In this document: positions 61,440-64,000 of the stretch, in pieces | How positions within the stretch are numbered: position 1 is the stretch's first letter | Layout: each line of letters begins with the position of its first letter | Source of the DNA: Squalus acanthias | Taxonomy: Eukaryota | Assembly: GCA_030390025.1 (NCBI GenBank) | Contig: JASTWF010000067.1 | Span: 186,001-250,000, forward strand | Length of the DNA stretch: 64,000 nucleotides | Reading direction: 5' to 3' | Notes under the pieces: generated by a model | The model's database searches: none | Told to the model about the DNA's origin: nothing | The model's input: only the letters and a program-made list of their open reading frames with translations | Position numbers and translations under genes: made by a program

Positions 61440-61980
61440 GGTCTACTGTGCACAGTTTTGGTCTCCTTATCCAAGGAAGGATATACTTGCCTTAGAGGGG
61501 GTGCAACAAAGGTTCACTAGATTGATTCCTGGGATGAGAGGGTTGTCCTATGAGGAGAGATCGAGTAGAATGGGCCTATACTCTCTGGAGTTTAGAAGAA
61601 TGAGAGATGATCTCACAAACAAGACAAGATTCGGAGGGGGATTGACAGGGTAGTTGCTGAGAGGCTGTTTCCCCTGGCTGGAGTGTCTCGGAATAAGGGG
61701 TCGGCCATTTAAGACTGAGATGAGGAGGAATTTCTTCACTCCGTGTTGTGAATCTTTGGAATTCTCTACCCCAAAGGGCTGTGGATGCGCAGTTGTTGAG
61801 TATAGTCATGGCGGAGATCGATAGATTTTTGGACTCATGGGGAATCAAGGGATATGGGGAACGGGCAGGAAAGTGGAGTTGAGGTCGAAGATCAGCCATG
61901 ATCTTGTTGATCTTATTGAATGGCGGAGCCGGCTTGAGGAGCCATATGGCTTTCTTCTGCTCCTAATTCTTATATTATGA
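61440..61980 (+). mobile_element. CR1 3' fragment
   Basis: [33 protein letters not shown]. Confidence 0.9.
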
Positions 61981-63069
61981 CTCTTGCTGGGTACATTCCA
62001 GGGGCGCCAGTCAAGTTTCCAGTAGCTTGCAGTCTTCACTTGCGGAGCTAGACAATCAGCGTTAGCAACCATGGTGAGTATCGCAGCCCGATCCTGTCCT
62101 GGCTCGATATCCACGCGCGCAGCTGCCAGCGAGCTTGAGCGGACAGTCGTCGGGAACGTGAATCCTGGCTGCTGTTCCTCTCCCTGTTCCAGGGACAGTG
62201 AAGCCAATCGTAGCGCTCCCACTGCCACCCTGGCTGAGATCGGGTAACCGAGCAAAGACCATGGATCAAACCCGTGACCTTGTTGGTCTGCACGGCTCCA
62301 ATTACACCTCACCTTCGCAAACTGAGCCAACAGGGGAACAAACCCATGATTGTTAGGAGGATCTTTGCAGGGAACAGCTTTACATCTTATTTACAGAAAA
62401 TGTGCAATTAGTCGTGAAGCATTTCACCGTAGCCAGACTCCAGGGTTTCCAATTAGCACGCTTTGGGCAATCTCAAACCAGCTCACGTGAGCACAGGTCC
62501 ACAGCACGGAAATTCCCAAGTAACTGGCAGCCTTAAACAGAGATTAAATTGCTAACACTGGTAACAACGCACATCAGAGGGGAGGGTGAAGTCACTTTGG
62601 AGGGGGCCCTGGGTGAGTTTTATTCTTGACCTTACTCTCCTATTTCTGACTTGGAAGTGCTCAACAGTTACTGGATACCAGAAAGGTGTTCCATTCTCCA
62701 GCACTAATGCCCCTCAGTACAAAACTCAAAGACTATAAAACAGTGCCAGGAAGTGGAATATTACCCAAAAATCAAATTAAACATCGTTTACCCTCTTCAC
62801 AACTGGCTGGTTAACAGTTGAAAAATCGCCAGCTAGGGATGCAGAAATTAACACGGTGCTGCCCCTGATGAAAACAGACACTGCCATCAAATGTAAAGAA
62901 GGGGTTTCACCTCAAAAGACAAATGTGAAAACATTCAAACGGTTTGGCCTGTGCTGCGCTAGCTCACCTCGGCCAGCGCAAACAGTTGGGCAATTGCAAT
63001 TGGCCTGTCTCTGTCGCCTGGGAGGTGGAAGGGGAAGAATAATCCACCATAATCCCTGCTGCGGCAGCG

Positions 63070-63510
63070 GTGCAACAAAGGTTCACTAGGGATTCCTGGA
63101 TGGGAGGGCTGTCCTATGAAGAGAGATTGAGCCTATACTCTCTGGAGAAGAATGAGGTGTGATCTCATTGAAACATATAAGATTCTGAGGGGGATTGACA
63201 GGGTAGATGCTGAGACGCTGTTTCCCCTGGCTGGAGAGTCTAGAACCAGGGATCAGTCTCAGGATAAGGGGCCGGCCATTTAGAACCGAGACGAGGAAGA
63301 ATTTCTTCACTCAGAAGGTTGTGAATCTTAGGAATTCTCTACCCCAGAAGGCTGCAGATGCTCAGTCTTTGAGTATATTTAAGGCTGAGCGATAGATTTT
63401 TGGACTCATGGGGAATCAAGTTCGAAGATCAGCCGTGATCTTATTGAATGGCAGAGCAGGCTCGAGGGGCCAAATGGCCTACTCCTGCTTCTAATTCTTA
63501 TCTTATGCTG
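63070..63510 (+). mobile_element. CR1 3' fragment
   Basis: GRPFRTETRKNFFTQKVVNL and tail. Confidence 0.85.
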
Positions 63511-63903
63511 GTGGGTATCCAGGTACCCTCTCTGCTGGAAAGCCTGCGCGCGGACGAATAGGTGGCCAACGCCCAATTGAGGCTCACACCCGAATAACGG
63601 CCGTGTGGGTTAGGTGCTGGAGGTCTGCTGGCAACCACGGGATCACACCCCAGCAAGAGTCAGAAATTTGAGAGAGCAGCGGAGAAAATGCAAGCAACAA
63701 ATTCTTTCCAAAAGAAACTGCTGAGCCAGTAACATGATCAATGCATTTGAGTTCTGTGCGGCGGTCATCCAATTCAAGGCTGCAAACAAGTTTTATTTTG
63801 CGCCTAAACCAATCTAGTCACTTCCACGAAGATTTTCAAGATGGCATCAAAGATCAATGCTTCCGAGTCGGTTAGAAAGGCCCGGATTCGATTTCCAAAT
63901 ATG

Positions 63904-64000
63904 GAACCCTGTATCGTGCCTGCTGTGCGGACCGAACCCTGTATCGTGCCTGCTGTGCGGACCGAACCCTGTATTGTGCCTGCTGTGCGGACCGAACCCT
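63904..64000 (+). repeat. 30-bp tandem repeat (gaaccctgtatcgtgcctgctgtgcggacc)n, runs off window end
   Basis: More than 3 copies visible. Confidence 0.9.

Overview
Vertebrate genomic DNA, very probably a shark or other cartilaginous fish (Deu-domain SacSINE1-like SINEs, abundant CR1 LINEs, Penelope-type hammerhead relics). The window is occupied by the 3' part of one minus-strand gene of the GIGYF family (GRB10-interacting GYF protein, 4EHP/DDX6 partner). I reconstructed 22 coding exons from 59121 to the stop at 3916. All have GT-AG boundaries and consistent phases, giving about 1050 codons; the N-terminal exons lie beyond the window end. The GYF domain is GIGYF1-type while the C-terminus is GIGYF2-like. 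Introns are filled with CR1/L2 LINE fragments, SINEs, MITEs and several tandem repeats. Almost all ORFs in the supplied track are spurious or transposon-derived. I found no evidence for a wholly new multi-gene system. The most unusual features are: (1) a 4x ~705-bp tandem duplication that copies a real splice donor behind a ready-made acceptor, creating three identical 62-nt candidate poison exons; (2) a 156-bp hammerhead-ribozyme-bearing Penelope-like insert with a perfect 25-bp hairpin and an 11-bp target-site duplication, in a three-level transposon nest; (3) a 5'-inverted CR1 copy; (4) PUM/miRNA site clusters in the 3' UTR. Repeat boundaries are approximate and family names come from recalled consensus features, not database searches.
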